Source: an uncultured Actinomycetes bacterium
GTDB taxonomy: Bacteria; Actinomycetota; Thermoleophilia; UBA2241
Length of the DNA: 64,000 nt
Reading direction: 5' to 3'
Assembly (NCBI GenBank): GCA_963725665.1
Contig: CAVRZA010000004.1
Span: 224,001 to 288,000, forward strand
This document shows, one piece after another, positions 30,924 through 42,807 of this stretch. The stretch's first letter is position 1; the number at the start of each line of letters is the position of its first letter. Below the pieces are notes generated by a model. It saw only the letters and a program-made list of their open reading frames with translations. It made no database searches and was not told where the DNA came from. The translations under genes and the position numbers were made by a program.

Positions 30924-31701
30924 CGGGGATCCTCTGCCGCTCCATCGAGTCGATGTATACCACAATCAGCACCACGTCCGCGAGGAACGCGACCAGCCCG
31001 AGCGCCGCGACCTGCACGGCGAGCAGCGGCAGGAGGCTTGCCAGGGGCGATGCCCCGACTGTGGTCGCGGCGACGATGAGCGCGGAAGCAAGGATCGAGA
31101 CCAGGATCACGGCGACCGAGAGGAGCCAGTTGGCCTCGACGGTCTGCCAGGAGCGGCGCACGGCGGCGACGAAGCCCAGGCCGCTCACGACGATGGCGTA
31201 GTCCGCGTAGAGGAGGAGAAGGAGCGCCACGAGAGCGACGAGCTGGACCAGCAGGATGGTCGCCTGCTGCTGCACTCCGGGCGCGAGGTGCCGCAGCGTT
31301 GCCGACGCCGCGGCGCTCGCCAGCCAGTCGATGACGGCCACGACCAAGACCAGGTCGGTGAGGCTGCGGAACTGGGCTCCGTCGGCCGGTGCGAGATGGA
31401 GACGGCCCACGAGCGAGCGGATGTAGCCGGCGCGGAAGAACGCGGTGAGGGCCACGGCGGCGAAGACGACGGCCGCGGCCGCGAGGAGCCTCATGGGAGC
31501 GCCGCCGCCTCCGAGGGCGCCGAGGAGCGAGGGATTGCTGTCGAGGAGCGCGGCGGCGCTCCGGCCTGTGATGAGCCACGATGCCAGGAGCGGCGCCACG
31601 AAGTCCAAGAGCTGTAGGGCGATGGCGAAGAGAACGAGGTGGAGCTTGGCGCGCAGCAGCATGATGACCCGCCGCGGCAGGGTCGCGCCGTTCATCTCCA
31701 T
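30910..31701 (-). CDS. Hypothetical multi-pass membrane protein
   Basis: About 6 hydrophobic helices; YADYAIVVSGLGFVAAVRRSW. Confidence 0.75.
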   Translation of the reverse strand: MEMNGATLPRRVIMLLRAKLHLVLFAIALQLLDFVAPLLASWLITGRSAAALLDSNPSLLGALGGGGAPMRLLAAAAVVFAAVALTAFFRAGYIRSLVGRLHLAPADGAQFRSLTDLVLVVAVIDWLASAAASATLRHLAPGVQQQATILLVQLVALVALLLLLYADYAIVVSGLGFVAAVRRSWQTVEANWLLSVAVILVSILASALIVAATTVGASPLASLLPLLAVQVAALGLVAFLADVVLIVVYIDSMERQRIPDATG

Positions 31702-31726
31702 GGGGGCGGAGTATACACTAGCCGCG

Positions 31727-32941
31727 ATGATGGCCCCCCGCTTGCGCAGCACCCTCCTTTCCCGTGCGCCTACGGCGATCGTGCTCGCCCTCGCGGCGCT
31801 GGTCTTGGCGGGCTGGGGGCTTGCGCCGCCGGCGGCGGCGCAAGCCCCCAGCCCGCCGCGCGTCGCCGCGAGGGCGGCCGTCGTCATCGACCAGAGCACG
31901 GGGCACGTGCTCTACGCCCTGCGCCCCGACAGACGCCTGCCGATGGCCTCCACGACCAAGATCATGACGGGCATCCTCGTGGTCGAGCACGCCAACGATT
32001 ACCGTGCCGTGGTCCGTGCCCCCGCCAATGTGACCGAGCCCGGCGAGGACTCGATCTGGCTCCAGCCGGGCGAGCGTCTCACTGTCGACCAGCTCATGAA
32101 GGCGCTGCTCATCAAGAGCGCCAACGACGCCGCGCTCACCCTCGGCGACTACGTCGCCGGCAACGAGCCGGCTTTTGTGGCGATGATGAACGAGAAGGCC
32201 GCCGTGCTGGGCCTCACGAACACTCACTACCGCAATCCTCACGGCCTCGACCAGCCGGGCCACTACACGAGCGCGCTCGACCTCGCGCGGCTCGCGCGCT
32301 ACGCGATGCGCGAGCCGCGCTTCCGCGGCTACGTGCGCATCTACAGGGCCACCATCCCCTGGCGCAAGCATCCCTGGCCGCGGCTGCTCATCTCGCACAA
32401 CCAGCTCCTGCACGACTACGCCTGGGTCGACGGCGTGAAGACGGGGATGACCGACGACGCCGGGTACTGCATCGCCGCTTCCGGCCGCTACGGAGGGCGG
32501 CGCTTCATCGTCACCCTGCTCCACGAGCCGACGCCCAAGCGGCGCGTGAGGGACGCGGTGGCGCTGTTTAAGTACGCGGCCCGTCTGTACGAGAAACGCC
32601 AGGTCGTCGCAGCCGGTGCGGCTCTCGCGCACGCGCAGGTGCCCTATCACGACGAGGGCGTCGACCTGGTCGTACAGAAGCCGGTCGCGGCGCTCATGCG
32701 CACGGCCGCGCGGGTGATCTCGACCGTGCGCGCGCCGGCGCGGATACCCCTGCCGGTGACGCAGGGGCAGGTCCTGGGAGCGGTCGTCTACAAGGCCGAC
32801 GGTGTGGTCGTCGCCCGCCGCTGGCTCGTCGCGGAGCGCGGCTATCCCAAGGCCGATTGGCAGACGAGGGCCGGCTACGGCGTCCACGAGGCCTGGTCCT
32901 GGGTCAAGGACGAGGTCGGCCGCGTCCTATCCTGGCTCTAG
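31727..32941 (+). CDS. dacA: D-alanyl-D-alanine carboxypeptidase (peptidase S11)
   Basis: ASTTK (SxxK), SAN (SxN), KTG, NPHGL. Confidence 0.93.
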   Translation: MMAPRLRSTLLSRAPTAIVLALAALVLAGWGLAPPAAAQAPSPPRVAARAAVVIDQSTGHVLYALRPDRRLPMASTTKIMTGILVVEHANDYRAVVRAPANVTEPGEDSIWLQPGERLTVDQLMKALLIKSANDAALTLGDYVAGNEPAFVAMMNEKAAVLGLTNTHYRNPHGLDQPGHYTSALDLARLARYAMREPRFRGYVRIYRATIPWRKHPWPRLLISHNQLLHDYAWVDGVKTGMTDDAGYCIAASGRYGGRRFIVTLLHEPTPKRRVRDAVALFKYAARLYEKRQVVAAGAALAHAQVPYHDEGVDLVVQKPVAALMRTAARVISTVRAPARIPLPVTQGQVLGAVVYKADGVVVARRWLVAERGYPKADWQTRAGYGVHEAWSWVKDEVGRVLSWL

Positions 32942-33090
32942 CTTCTCCCGAGTCGGGTCCACACCCAGCCGATTCGCTCGGACGTCACCGCACGAGGGCC
33001 CCGGTCGTCCCGACATGCTTCACACTGCTTAACATGACCAGCCAGCGGTCGCGTGTCCCCCCGCGGACGGCGTGCGGGTACACTGGTTCC

Positions 33091-33801
33091 ATGCGCGTGT
33101 CCCGCTTGCTGATCGCCTTCCTCGTCGTGAACTGGGCGTTCCTGGCCCTGTACCCGGACCCGCGCGTCCTGTGGCGCAGCGTCGACAACCTGCGCCATCC
33201 GAACGTCGACTCGGCGGCGGTGAGCGCCTTGGCGGCCCGCTTGCCCAACGACCCCAATGCCATCCGCGATGCCGTGCTCACGCGCATCGTCCCCTACGCC
33301 TACGATTGGCGGGTGAACGGGGTGCCGTGGTACTTCCCCACCACCGCGCAGGCGCTGCGAGCCGGGCGAGGGGACTGCGAGAGCCAGGCCGTCGTGCTGG
33401 CGAGCGTCCTCAAGGCGAAGGGGATCCCGTTCAGGCTCGAGATGAGCTTCGACCACATCTGGGTGCAATACCCGGGCAAGACGGCCAACGCCCTCGAGAA
33501 CGCCGGCGTCGCCTTCGCGGTGCAGAAGCACGGCCGCTTCATGTTCCATTGGCCGGCGAACTTCAATCTCGCGAAGGAGGCCCGCGCCCAGGTGGAGATC
33601 TACTGGACGCCCATGCCCCTCGGACGCAAGTTCGTCTTCTTCGGCGGCATCATAGCCCTCCTCTTCCTCAACGCACTCGTCACGCTGGCGCGGCGCGGCG
33701 CCGGCGACGCCCTGTCGCTCGCCGCGGCGCCGCCGGCGCCGCGCCGTCGGCGTCCGCGCAAGGCTCTGCAGCCCACCCCCGCCGGCGCGCGCGGGCGCTA
33801 G
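33091..33801 (+). CDS. Transglutaminase-like membrane-anchored protein
   Basis: GDCESQA and DHIWV triad-like motifs; N- and C-terminal hydrophobic segments. Confidence 0.75.
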   Translation: MRVSRLLIAFLVVNWAFLALYPDPRVLWRSVDNLRHPNVDSAAVSALAARLPNDPNAIRDAVLTRIVPYAYDWRVNGVPWYFPTTAQALRAGRGDCESQAVVLASVLKAKGIPFRLEMSFDHIWVQYPGKTANALENAGVAFAVQKHGRFMFHWPANFNLAKEARAQVEIYWTPMPLGRKFVFFGGIIALLFLNALVTLARRGAGDALSLAAAPPAPRRRRPRKALQPTPAGARGR

Positions 33802-34010
33802 AGCCGGCGCCCGCTCTCGCTTCTGGAGGAGGGTCTGCTCCCGACCCGTCTCGTCCCGGGCGCGTCTCGCGAGGGCGGCTCTCGAGACGCCGCCGCGTGC
33901 CCACCCTCCCGGAGACCATCTGGGTGCCGGACACGCTCCGAAGCCTGTAGACTTGGGCGGCCTCGCCGCTCCGCGGCGAGGCCGCCCACGACCCTCGAGG
34001 AGGGCAGTCC

Positions 34011-35096
34011 ATGGAAGACGAGCGGCTGCGCGCCGTAGCGCGCAAGATCGTGCGCGAGTGCGCCGGCGTGGCGAGCGGCGAGAACGTCTATATCGAGGGC
34101 CGCCTCGACTCGGCGGCCTACCTCGAGCAGTTGGCCTTCGAGTGCGAGCTCGTGGGCGCCCGCCCGCTGGTCGTCATGCAGAGCGACGAGTTCAACCTGC
34201 GGCGCTTGACGGATCTCTCTGAGGAACAGCTCGCCACCAGGGCCGAGCCGTGGATCGCCGCCGTCAAGGCTGCAGACGTCGTGTTCTCGGTGAGCATGGA
34301 GCACGGCGACCCGGCGCTCTTCGCTGGCGTGCCGGCGGCCAAGCAGGGCGCGGCGCGCAAGGGCCGCAAGCTGTTGGCCGACCACATCTACGACGGCACG
34401 CGGCGCTGGATCGGGACCGACTTTCCCACGCCCGCCCAGGCGCGCGCGCACGGGGTGTCGTGGGAGCGGTTCGCCGGCACCTTCTGGGGCGCTCTCGACG
34501 TCGACTACCGCCTGCTCCGCGAGCGCGCCGACCGTATCTCCGCGGTGCTCGAGAAGGCTGAGATCGTGCGTGTGCGGTCGCCCAAGGGCACCGACCTCAC
34601 CATGCGCATCGCCGGCCGGCCGCTCGACAAGGACATCGGCGTGGTCACCGCCGACGCCGTCCTCTCGAATCTGCCGGCCGGCGAGGTCTGTCTCGCACCG
34701 CACGAGGACGGCGCCGACGGACGCGTGGTCTTCGACCTCGCGTTCTGGGACGGGCGCCGCATCGAGGACCTCGAAGTCGAGTTCGAGCGCGGCCGCGCCC
34801 GCGCTGTGCGCGCCGCGCAGGGCCTCGAGGTCTTCACCGGCACGCTGGCGTCGGCCAGCGGTGCCGCCGACGTGATCGGTGAGCTGGGCATCGGCCTCAA
34901 CCCCGCGGTGACCGAGGTGACCGGCTACATGCTGACCGACGAGAAGATCCTCGGCACGATCCACATCGCCGTGGGTGAGAACCGCATGCTGGGCGGTGTG
35001 AACGAGTCGAGCCTGCATTGGGACCTCCTGGTCATGCAGGCGAGCCTCGAGGCCGACGGCGTGGCCATCCTCGACGACGGGCGGCTGGTGGTCTGA
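34011..35096 (+). CDS. M29 family aminopeptidase
   Basis: [39 protein letters not shown]. Confidence 0.9.
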   Translation: MEDERLRAVARKIVRECAGVASGENVYIEGRLDSAAYLEQLAFECELVGARPLVVMQSDEFNLRRLTDLSEEQLATRAEPWIAAVKAADVVFSVSMEHGDPALFAGVPAAKQGAARKGRKLLADHIYDGTRRWIGTDFPTPAQARAHGVSWERFAGTFWGALDVDYRLLRERADRISAVLEKAEIVRVRSPKGTDLTMRIAGRPLDKDIGVVTADAVLSNLPAGEVCLAPHEDGADGRVVFDLAFWDGRRIEDLEVEFERGRARAVRAAQGLEVFTGTLASASGAADVIGELGIGLNPAVTEVTGYMLTDEKILGTIHIAVGENRMLGGVNESSLHWDLLVMQASLEADGVAILDDGRLVV

Positions 35097-35161
35097 AGAA
35101 CGACGCGGGCGGTCGATCGGTCGCTCGCGTCGAACGAGACGAGAACGAAAGCGAGCGGACG

Positions 35162-36238
35162 ATGAGCGACACGAAGTCAGCGGCCGGCGTGCGGCGGACG
35201 ATAGATCTGCGCAGCGACACGGTGACGAGGCCCAGCTCGCAGATGCGACGGGCGATGGCCGAAGCAGAGGTCGGCGACGACGTGCTGGGCGACGACCCAA
35301 CGGTGATCGCCCTGCAGGAGTACGCCGCTGGACTGTTCGGCAAGGAGGCCGCTCTCTACGTGCCCTCGGGGACGATGTCGAACCAGGCCGCTCTCTACGC
35401 GCACACCGCGCGCGGCGAAGAGATCTTCGTCCACGAGCAGGCGCACATCCTCCTCTACGAGCGCGGCGGCGCCGCCGTGCACTCCGCATTGCAGGTGCGC
35501 TGCTTCCGGTCGGACGACGGCCTGCTCCCTCTCGACGAGCTCGAGGAGTATGTGCACGACGGGACCGACCCGCACCACGCGCCGACGCGGCTCGTCGCGC
35601 TCGAGAACACACACAACCACTGCGGCGGGCTGGTGCTGCCGCTCGAGAAGGTCGCCGAGACGCGCGCCTTCTGCGACCGCCACGGTCTGATCCTGCACCT
35701 CGACGGCGCCCGCGTCTGCAACGCGTCCGTCGCCTCCGGCGTGCCGCTGCCGGAGATCGTCGCGCCGTACGACTCGGTGAGCGTCTGTCTGTCGAAGGGG
35801 CTTGGGGCCCCAGTGGGATCGGTCCTGCTGGGTACGCGCGACTTCATCGCGAGGGCGCTCGCGGCGCGTAAGCTCATGGGGGGCGGCATGCGGCAGGCGG
35901 GCATCATCGCCGCCGGTGGGCTGTGCGCGCTGCGGGACAACATCACCCGACTGGCCGACGACCACCGCCGTTGCCGCGTGCTGGCCGAACGTCTGGCGAC
36001 GGCGCCGGGGTTCGCCATCGACCTCGCCCGGGTGCAGACGAACATGGTGTTCGCCGACTGCCGCGCGAGCGGCAAGCGCGCCCCCGAGGTCGTCGCGCTG
36101 CTCGCCGACGCCGGCGTCCTGGCGATCGACGAGGGGCCGTACCTGGTGCGCTTCGTCACGCACCTCGACGTCGACGACGCCGACATCGAGGAAGCGGCGG
36201 CTATCGCCGTCGCGACCATGGAGCGCCTCGCGGTCTGA
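35162..36238 (+). CDS. ltaE: Low-specificity L-threonine aldolase
   Basis: [39 protein letters not shown]. Confidence 0.93.
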   Translation: MSDTKSAAGVRRTIDLRSDTVTRPSSQMRRAMAEAEVGDDVLGDDPTVIALQEYAAGLFGKEAALYVPSGTMSNQAALYAHTARGEEIFVHEQAHILLYERGGAAVHSALQVRCFRSDDGLLPLDELEEYVHDGTDPHHAPTRLVALENTHNHCGGLVLPLEKVAETRAFCDRHGLILHLDGARVCNASVASGVPLPEIVAPYDSVSVCLSKGLGAPVGSVLLGTRDFIARALAARKLMGGGMRQAGIIAAGGLCALRDNITRLADDHRRCRVLAERLATAPGFAIDLARVQTNMVFADCRASGKRAPEVVALLADAGVLAIDEGPYLVRFVTHLDVDDADIEEAAAIAVATMERLAV

Positions 36239-36250
36239 AGGCGGTCGGGG

Positions 36251-36278
36251 CGCGGGGCGCGGCTGAGCCGCGCCCCGC
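36251..36278. terminator. GC-rich hairpin between convergent genes
   Basis: GCGGGGCGCGGC-TGA-GCCGCGCCCCGC. Confidence 0.6.
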
Positions 36279-36303
36279 CCGCGACAGGCGGCGGCCGGCC
36301 GGC

Positions 36304-37515
36304 CTACTTCGCGGCCGCCGCCCGCTTCTCCTTGACCGGCTTCGCGCCGGGCCGCAGGGCGGCGTTCTTGTAGATCTGCACGACGTCCTCGCGCGTGAGC
36401 TTGCGCGGGTTGTTGGTGAGCAGGCGCGTCTGCGTCATCGCGCCGTCGGCGAGGTCCTCGATGGCCGACTCGGGGATGCCGACGTCCGAGAGGTACTGCG
36501 GCACCTGCAGGTCGGCCGCCAGCGTGCGCAACGCGGCGAGCGTGCACTCGGCGCCCTCCCGCAGCGAGAGCCCCTGGAGGTTCTCACCCATGGCCTCGCC
36601 GATCTCGTTGAACCACTGCAGGCAGGCGAGCATGTTGTACTCCATCACCCACGGCAGCATGAGCGTGTTGGCCACGCCGTGCGGCACGTGGAAGGTGCCG
36701 CCGATGGGGTAGGAGAGCGCGTGCACCGCGCCCACCCCGGCGTTGCCGAAGGAGATGCCGCCGAGCAGCGAGCCGATGGCCATGTTGTGGCGCGCCCAAG
36801 CGTTCTGGCCGTCGAAGGTCGCGGTGCGGATGCTCTTCGAGATCAGCTTGATGCCCTCGTAGGCCAGCGGGTCCGTGTGCATGGTCGCGTTGACCGAGAT
36901 GTAGGCCTCGATGTTGTGGATCAGGGCGTCCATGCCGGCGGCGGCGGTGACCGACGGCGGGCAGCTGTAGGTGAGCTCTGGGTCGATGAGGCCGATGTTG
37001 GGGATCAAGTGGGGGCTCACGACGCCCTGCTTCACGTTGAGCTTCTCGTTCGAGAAGATGGCGACGGCCGTCGCCTCGGAGCCGGTCCCGGCCGTCGTCG
37101 GCACCGCGATCAGAGGCAGGCCCTTCTTGGACACCTTGTCGAGGCCGACGAAGTCCTCGACCGTCTTGCCGGTGTGCGGGAGCACGGCCGTGATCTTGGC
37201 CACGTCGATGGCGGAGCCTCCGCCAAAGCCGACGATCAGGTCGTAGCTGCCCTGCTCGACGAACTCGACGCCCTCGTGGATGCTGCTCATCGGCGGCTCG
37301 GGCACGGCCTTGTCGTAGACGCCGACCTCGAGACCGGCCTCACGCAGCGGGCGCTCGACGTCGGCGACGTTGCCCGCGCAGGCGACGCCCGGGTCGGTGA
37401 GGATGCACACCTTGGTGGCGCCGAGCTTCCTCGCTTCGTCGCCGATGCGGCTGAGAGATCCGTTACCCGTGATGAGCGTCTTGGGCGCCCGGTGGATGCG
37501 GACCTTCGTGTCCAT
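36304..37515 (-). CDS. Iron-containing alcohol dehydrogenase (probable 4-hydroxybutyrate dehydrogenase)
   Basis: GGGSAIDVAK, PTTAGTGSE, DALIHNIE, HALSY...HVPHG; substrate inferred from operon context. Confidence 0.85.
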   Translation of the reverse strand: MDTKVRIHRAPKTLITGNGSLSRIGDEARKLGATKVCILTDPGVACAGNVADVERPLREAGLEVGVYDKAVPEPPMSSIHEGVEFVEQGSYDLIVGFGGGSAIDVAKITAVLPHTGKTVEDFVGLDKVSKKGLPLIAVPTTAGTGSEATAVAIFSNEKLNVKQGVVSPHLIPNIGLIDPELTYSCPPSVTAAAGMDALIHNIEAYISVNATMHTDPLAYEGIKLISKSIRTATFDGQNAWARHNMAIGSLLGGISFGNAGVGAVHALSYPIGGTFHVPHGVANTLMLPWVMEYNMLACLQWFNEIGEAMGENLQGLSLREGAECTLAALRTLAADLQVPQYLSDVGIPESAIEDLADGAMTQTRLLTNNPRKLTREDVVQIYKNAALRPGAKPVKEKRAAAAK

Positions 37516-37651
37516 GCCCTGCTCTCCTCGCTCCATCATGGCGGCGTGGCCCGTGTCGTCTATGTGGCGGGGGACGCCTCCCGTCTTGCTTGCTTCTGGT
37601 CTGCGCGCGATGGTCATGTCGGCCCTCTCACGGTCGGTTGGTCGGTAACGG

Positions 37652-38995
37652 CTAGCCGGCCGACGGCCGGGCGAGGCTCTCCTCGCGCCCGCGCAGCCAG
37701 CCTTCGCCGCGAAGCTCCTTGACGCCGGCTATCAGCTCGTCCTTGAACGCCGGATCGGCGATCTCGATGAGCGCCTCGGCGCGTTCGCGCAGGCGTCTGC
37801 CCTTCAGGTGGGCGACGCCGTGCTCGGTCACCACATAGTCGACGTCGGCGCGCATGGTCGTCACGGCGGCGCCGTCGGCGATCTTGGGGACGATGCGCGA
37901 GACCGTGCCCTTCTTGGCCGTCGAGGGCAGCGCGATGATCGCCTTGCCACCCTTGCTGCGCGCGGCCCCGCGCACGAAGTCGACCTGCCCGCCGATGCCG
38001 GTGTACTGCACCGGCCCCATGGAGTCGGCGACCACCTGCCCCATGATGTCGACCTCGATGGCGGAGTTGATGGCCACCACGCCGTCGTTCTGCCCGATCA
38101 CGTAGGGGTCGTTGACGTAGCTGACGGGGAACATGTTGACGGCCGGGTTGTCGTCGACGAAGTCGTAGAGGCGGCGCGTGCCCATGAGGAAGTTGGCGAC
38201 CATCTTGTCCCTGTGCAGCGTCTTGCGGGCGTTGGTGATGACACCCTCGTTGTAGAGGTCGACGACGCCCTCGCTGAACATCTCGGTGTGGATGCCGAGG
38301 TCGTTCTTCTCGTGCAAGAAGAGCAGCACCGCGTCGGGGATGCCGCCGATGCCGAGCTGCAGGCAGGCGCCGTCGTCGACCAGGCCGGCGATGTTCTTGC
38401 CGATGGCCTCTTCAACGACGCCGATCCGCGGCGGCGGCAGCTCGATGATCGGCTGCTCCGAGTCGACCACGTAGTCGATCTGGGAGACGTGGATGAACGC
38501 GTCGCCGTGCGTGCGCGGCATGTTCGGGTTGACTTGCGCGATGACGCACGCCGCGACTGACGCGGCGGCCTTGGTGTAGTCGACCGAGACGCCGAACGAG
38601 CACCAGCCGTGCTTGTCGGGCGGCGAGAGGTGCACCAGCGCGACGTCGACCGGCAGGTAACCGTCGAGGAAGAGGCCGGGGATCTCGTGGAAGAAGACGG
38701 GCGTGTAGTCGCCGCGTCCCTCTCTGACGGCCTCGCGGCTCGAGGCGCCGGTGAACAGGGAGTTGTGGAAGAACGACTCGGCGTACTCCGGCTTGCAGTA
38801 CTCGCCCTTGCCCATGGCGACCATGTGCACGATCTCGACCTGGCGCAGCTCGGATGCGCGTGCGACGAGCGCGTCGACGAGGTCGAGCGGCTCGCCGCAC
38901 GCGTGCGCGAAGACGACGCGCTCGCCGGACTTGACCACCTCGAGCGCTGCGGCCGCGGTGACCCGCTTGCGTGCGTAGTCGGCCTGCCAGTCCAT
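37652..38995 (-). CDS. abfT: 4-hydroxybutyrate CoA-transferase (acetyl-CoA hydrolase/transferase family)
   Basis: LQLGIGGIPDAV, GIHTEMFSEG, GIGGQVDFVRGA, YVVTEHG. Confidence 0.88.
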   Translation of the reverse strand: MDWQADYARKRVTAAAALEVVKSGERVVFAHACGEPLDLVDALVARASELRQVEIVHMVAMGKGEYCKPEYAESFFHNSLFTGASSREAVREGRGDYTPVFFHEIPGLFLDGYLPVDVALVHLSPPDKHGWCSFGVSVDYTKAAASVAACVIAQVNPNMPRTHGDAFIHVSQIDYVVDSEQPIIELPPPRIGVVEEAIGKNIAGLVDDGACLQLGIGGIPDAVLLFLHEKNDLGIHTEMFSEGVVDLYNEGVITNARKTLHRDKMVANFLMGTRRLYDFVDDNPAVNMFPVSYVNDPYVIGQNDGVVAINSAIEVDIMGQVVADSMGPVQYTGIGGQVDFVRGAARSKGGKAIIALPSTAKKGTVSRIVPKIADGAAVTTMRADVDYVVTEHGVAHLKGRRLRERAEALIEIADPAFKDELIAGVKELRGEGWLRGREESLARPSAG

Positions 38996-38998
38996 GGG

Positions 38999-39283
38999 CT
39001 ACTCCTTCAGCTTGCGCCTGATCGTCTCGGCGAGGGCGTGACCGGCGGCCGACCGACCGTCGACACACTCGCCCGCCACGACGACGACCCGCGAGTCGTC
39101 GAGCAGCAGCGAGTGGCCCGAGGCACAGGCGCGCTCGCATCCCGACAGGTGTACGGTCACCTCGCCATCCGTGCCCGCGAGGAAGGATTCGTCGTCACGC
39201 AGCGCTGCTGCCACGGCCGAGCGGTCGATGCGCGGGTTGCAGCCCCCGCAGAAGACCACCTTCAGCTTCTTGGAGTCCGGCAT
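38999..39283 (-). CDS. Small Cys-rich hypothetical protein in the abf operon
   Basis: VVFCGGCNPRIDR...LSGCERACA; tightly packed between abfD and abfT. Confidence 0.75.
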   Translation of the reverse strand: MPDSKKLKVVFCGGCNPRIDRSAVAAALRDDESFLAGTDGEVTVHLSGCERACASGHSLLLDDSRVVVVAGECVDGRSAAGHALAETIRRKLKE

Positions 39284-39326
39284 CGCCGGGTCGTCGTGCC
39301 TCACCGGCCGCAACGCGCGCGGGCTG

Positions 39327-40805
39327 CTAGGCCTCGACGGGCGGTCGCTTGGCCGGCTGGCCGACGCGCGCCAGCTCCTTGGCCAGCTCCTTCTTGTGCG
39401 CCAGGTTCGCCTGCCGCGCGATCATGATGCGCTGCGCCTGCGGCGAGCCGGCGCCGTGCATCGACTCGGTACGGTACCCAACGGCCGCGGTGCCCAGCGT
39501 GAGGTTCTCGATGAGGCGCAGGAGCCGCATGCGGTCGATCGTCGGCACCTCGCGCTGGCCGGCGAAGTACTTCTCGCACCAGACGCCCACCTTGTCGGAG
39601 ATGAAGTCCTTCTCCGAGGGCATGGTGACGAGCAGGCCGCCGGCAATATCCTCCGCCAGACGCGCGATCTCATACGGGAACCGGGTGACGTTCTGCTTGC
39701 ATACGTTGGCCAGCAGCAGATCGATCTCGAAGTTGCCGGCGACCGTCTTGTGGCCCTCGCAGGAGCAAGCGATACCGCACGAGAAGAGCGTCTCGTTGAG
39801 GTGCGTCATCTCGATGAGCTTGTCCTTGATGTGGCTGGCCTTGGCGGCGCCGTTGTAGTCGGCAACCAATGCTGCGGCGCCGATGAGCACGTCGCCGACG
39901 CCGACCTTGCAGCCGCCGTAGCTCTGGCGGTGGTAGCCGGCGAAGCGCTCGACCAGCGCTCCCGAGAACTCGGTCTCGCCGGCCATGAAGACGCGCTCCC
40001 AGGGCACGAAGACGTCGTTGAAGACGATCAGGGCCTCCTGACCCCCGAAGCGCTTGTTGCCCACGTCGAGGTCGTTGTCTTCGAGCTTGCGCGTGTCGCA
40101 CGACTGGCGGCCGTAGATGTAGACGATGCCGGGGGCGTTCGCCGGCGTGGCGAAGGAGACGGCGTAGTCCTCGTCTCCTTCGCGCATGGCGATCGTGGGC
40201 ATGACGAGGATCTCGTGCGAGTTGCAGGCGCCCGTCTGGTGGGCCTTCGCGCCGCGCACCACGATGCCGTCGTCGCGACGTTCCACGATGTGCAGGTAGA
40301 GGTCGGGGTCGGCCTGCTGTGATGGAGAGAGGCTGCGATCGCCCTTGGTATCGGTCATCGCTCCGTCGGCCACGAGATCGTTCTCCTGCAAGTAGCGCAC
40401 GTAGTCGCGGAAACGACGGTGGTAGTGCGTGCCCCGGGATTGATCGATCTCGAAGGTCACGGACCAGACGGCGTTGATGCCGTCCATGCCCACGCAGCGC
40501 TGGAAGCACGACCCGGTCTTCTGCCCCAACAGACGCTGCATCTTGACCTTCTTGATGAGGTCGTCGACCGACTGGTGGATGTGCGTGAAGCGGTTGACCT
40601 TCTCGCCGGTGAGGTTGCTCGTCGCCAGCATGAGGTCCTCGTACTCGGGCTGCCGGGCAAGCTCGTAGGTCATAGCCAGGCAGTTGAGGCTGGGGCGGAT
40701 GATGGGATGCTCCGTGTAGTCTTCGACACGCTCGCCAAAGAGGTAGATCTCGAGATCCAGGTCAGCGATGCTCTGGATGTACGCCTCGGGGGTCTTGAGC
40801 GTCAT
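39327..40805 (-). CDS. abfD: 4-hydroxybutyryl-CoA dehydratase / vinylacetyl-CoA isomerase
   Basis: [4Fe-4S] ligand motifs CFQRCVGMD and YHRQSYGGCK; TDTKGDRS; ESMHGAGSPQAQR. Confidence 0.92.
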   Translation of the reverse strand: MTLKTPEAYIQSIADLDLEIYLFGERVEDYTEHPIIRPSLNCLAMTYELARQPEYEDLMLATSNLTGEKVNRFTHIHQSVDDLIKKVKMQRLLGQKTGSCFQRCVGMDGINAVWSVTFEIDQSRGTHYHRRFRDYVRYLQENDLVADGAMTDTKGDRSLSPSQQADPDLYLHIVERRDDGIVVRGAKAHQTGACNSHEILVMPTIAMREGDEDYAVSFATPANAPGIVYIYGRQSCDTRKLEDNDLDVGNKRFGGQEALIVFNDVFVPWERVFMAGETEFSGALVERFAGYHRQSYGGCKVGVGDVLIGAAALVADYNGAAKASHIKDKLIEMTHLNETLFSCGIACSCEGHKTVAGNFEIDLLLANVCKQNVTRFPYEIARLAEDIAGGLLVTMPSEKDFISDKVGVWCEKYFAGQREVPTIDRMRLLRLIENLTLGTAAVGYRTESMHGAGSPQAQRIMIARQANLAHKKELAKELARVGQPAKRPPVEA

Positions 40806-41081
40806 TGCCGCGAGCTCCTTTCTCGCACGCGCCTGCCGACGGTGTCGCGTGCGGGCGTCCAGGGACTTTGTGCCGCGCGTCACAACGTCTCGCGCGGCAC
40901 ACAGGCGTCTGCCTGTCCGTGGGTTCACAGCGACTATACTGTCGACGTCGGTCTTCGTCAATTCAGCGAAAGAGCCGGGTGTTTCACCCCTGCAGTCTGT
41001 ACATTTTGGAGTATGTTATTGGCCTGCGTGGAGAGGCTCGCCACGCGCTCGCGAAGCTTCCGGTTCCGTCACCTCGCTATG

Positions 41082-41099
41082 GTTGACCGGTCTGTCAAC
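41082..41099. promoter_or_regulatory. Palindromic operator GTTGAC-CGGTCT-GTCAAC (TetR-like)
   Basis: Inverted repeat in the abfD/gdhA divergent region. Confidence 0.5.
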
Positions 41100-41170
41100 T
41101 GTTTGTCGAAACGACTGGCGCCTGGACGGGCTGCTGTTTGCCGTCGTGTCCACGCCCTCGGGGGCAAGTT

Positions 41171-41214
41171 TGTTACTTCTGTCACATGAGGGCCGGCGGT
41201 GGCGGACGTATAAT
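41171..41214 (+). promoter_or_regulatory. gdhA promoter: CRP/FNR-like site TGTTA-N6-TCACA plus TATAAT -10
   Basis: Site at 41171-41186; perfect -10 at 41209-41214; spacing fits a class II activator position. Confidence 0.6.
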
Positions 41215-41323
41215 CGCCGCAACGCGCAGGCTTTCGCGCTGCTCGGCGCCGTCGAGCCGCGCGAAAGCCCAACCGATCGAGCGCATCGATCAGGACCCAA
41301 CTGCAGCAAGGGAGGAGTCGGGA

Positions 41324-42722
<1,399 letters not shown>

Positions 42723-42807
42723 AACGCGCGGCGCAGGCAGAGTAGCCTGTGGGTTGTCGGGCCAACTGTTTACGATGCCGTGTAGGGGCGTCGAAAGGTA
42801 GGGTTCC

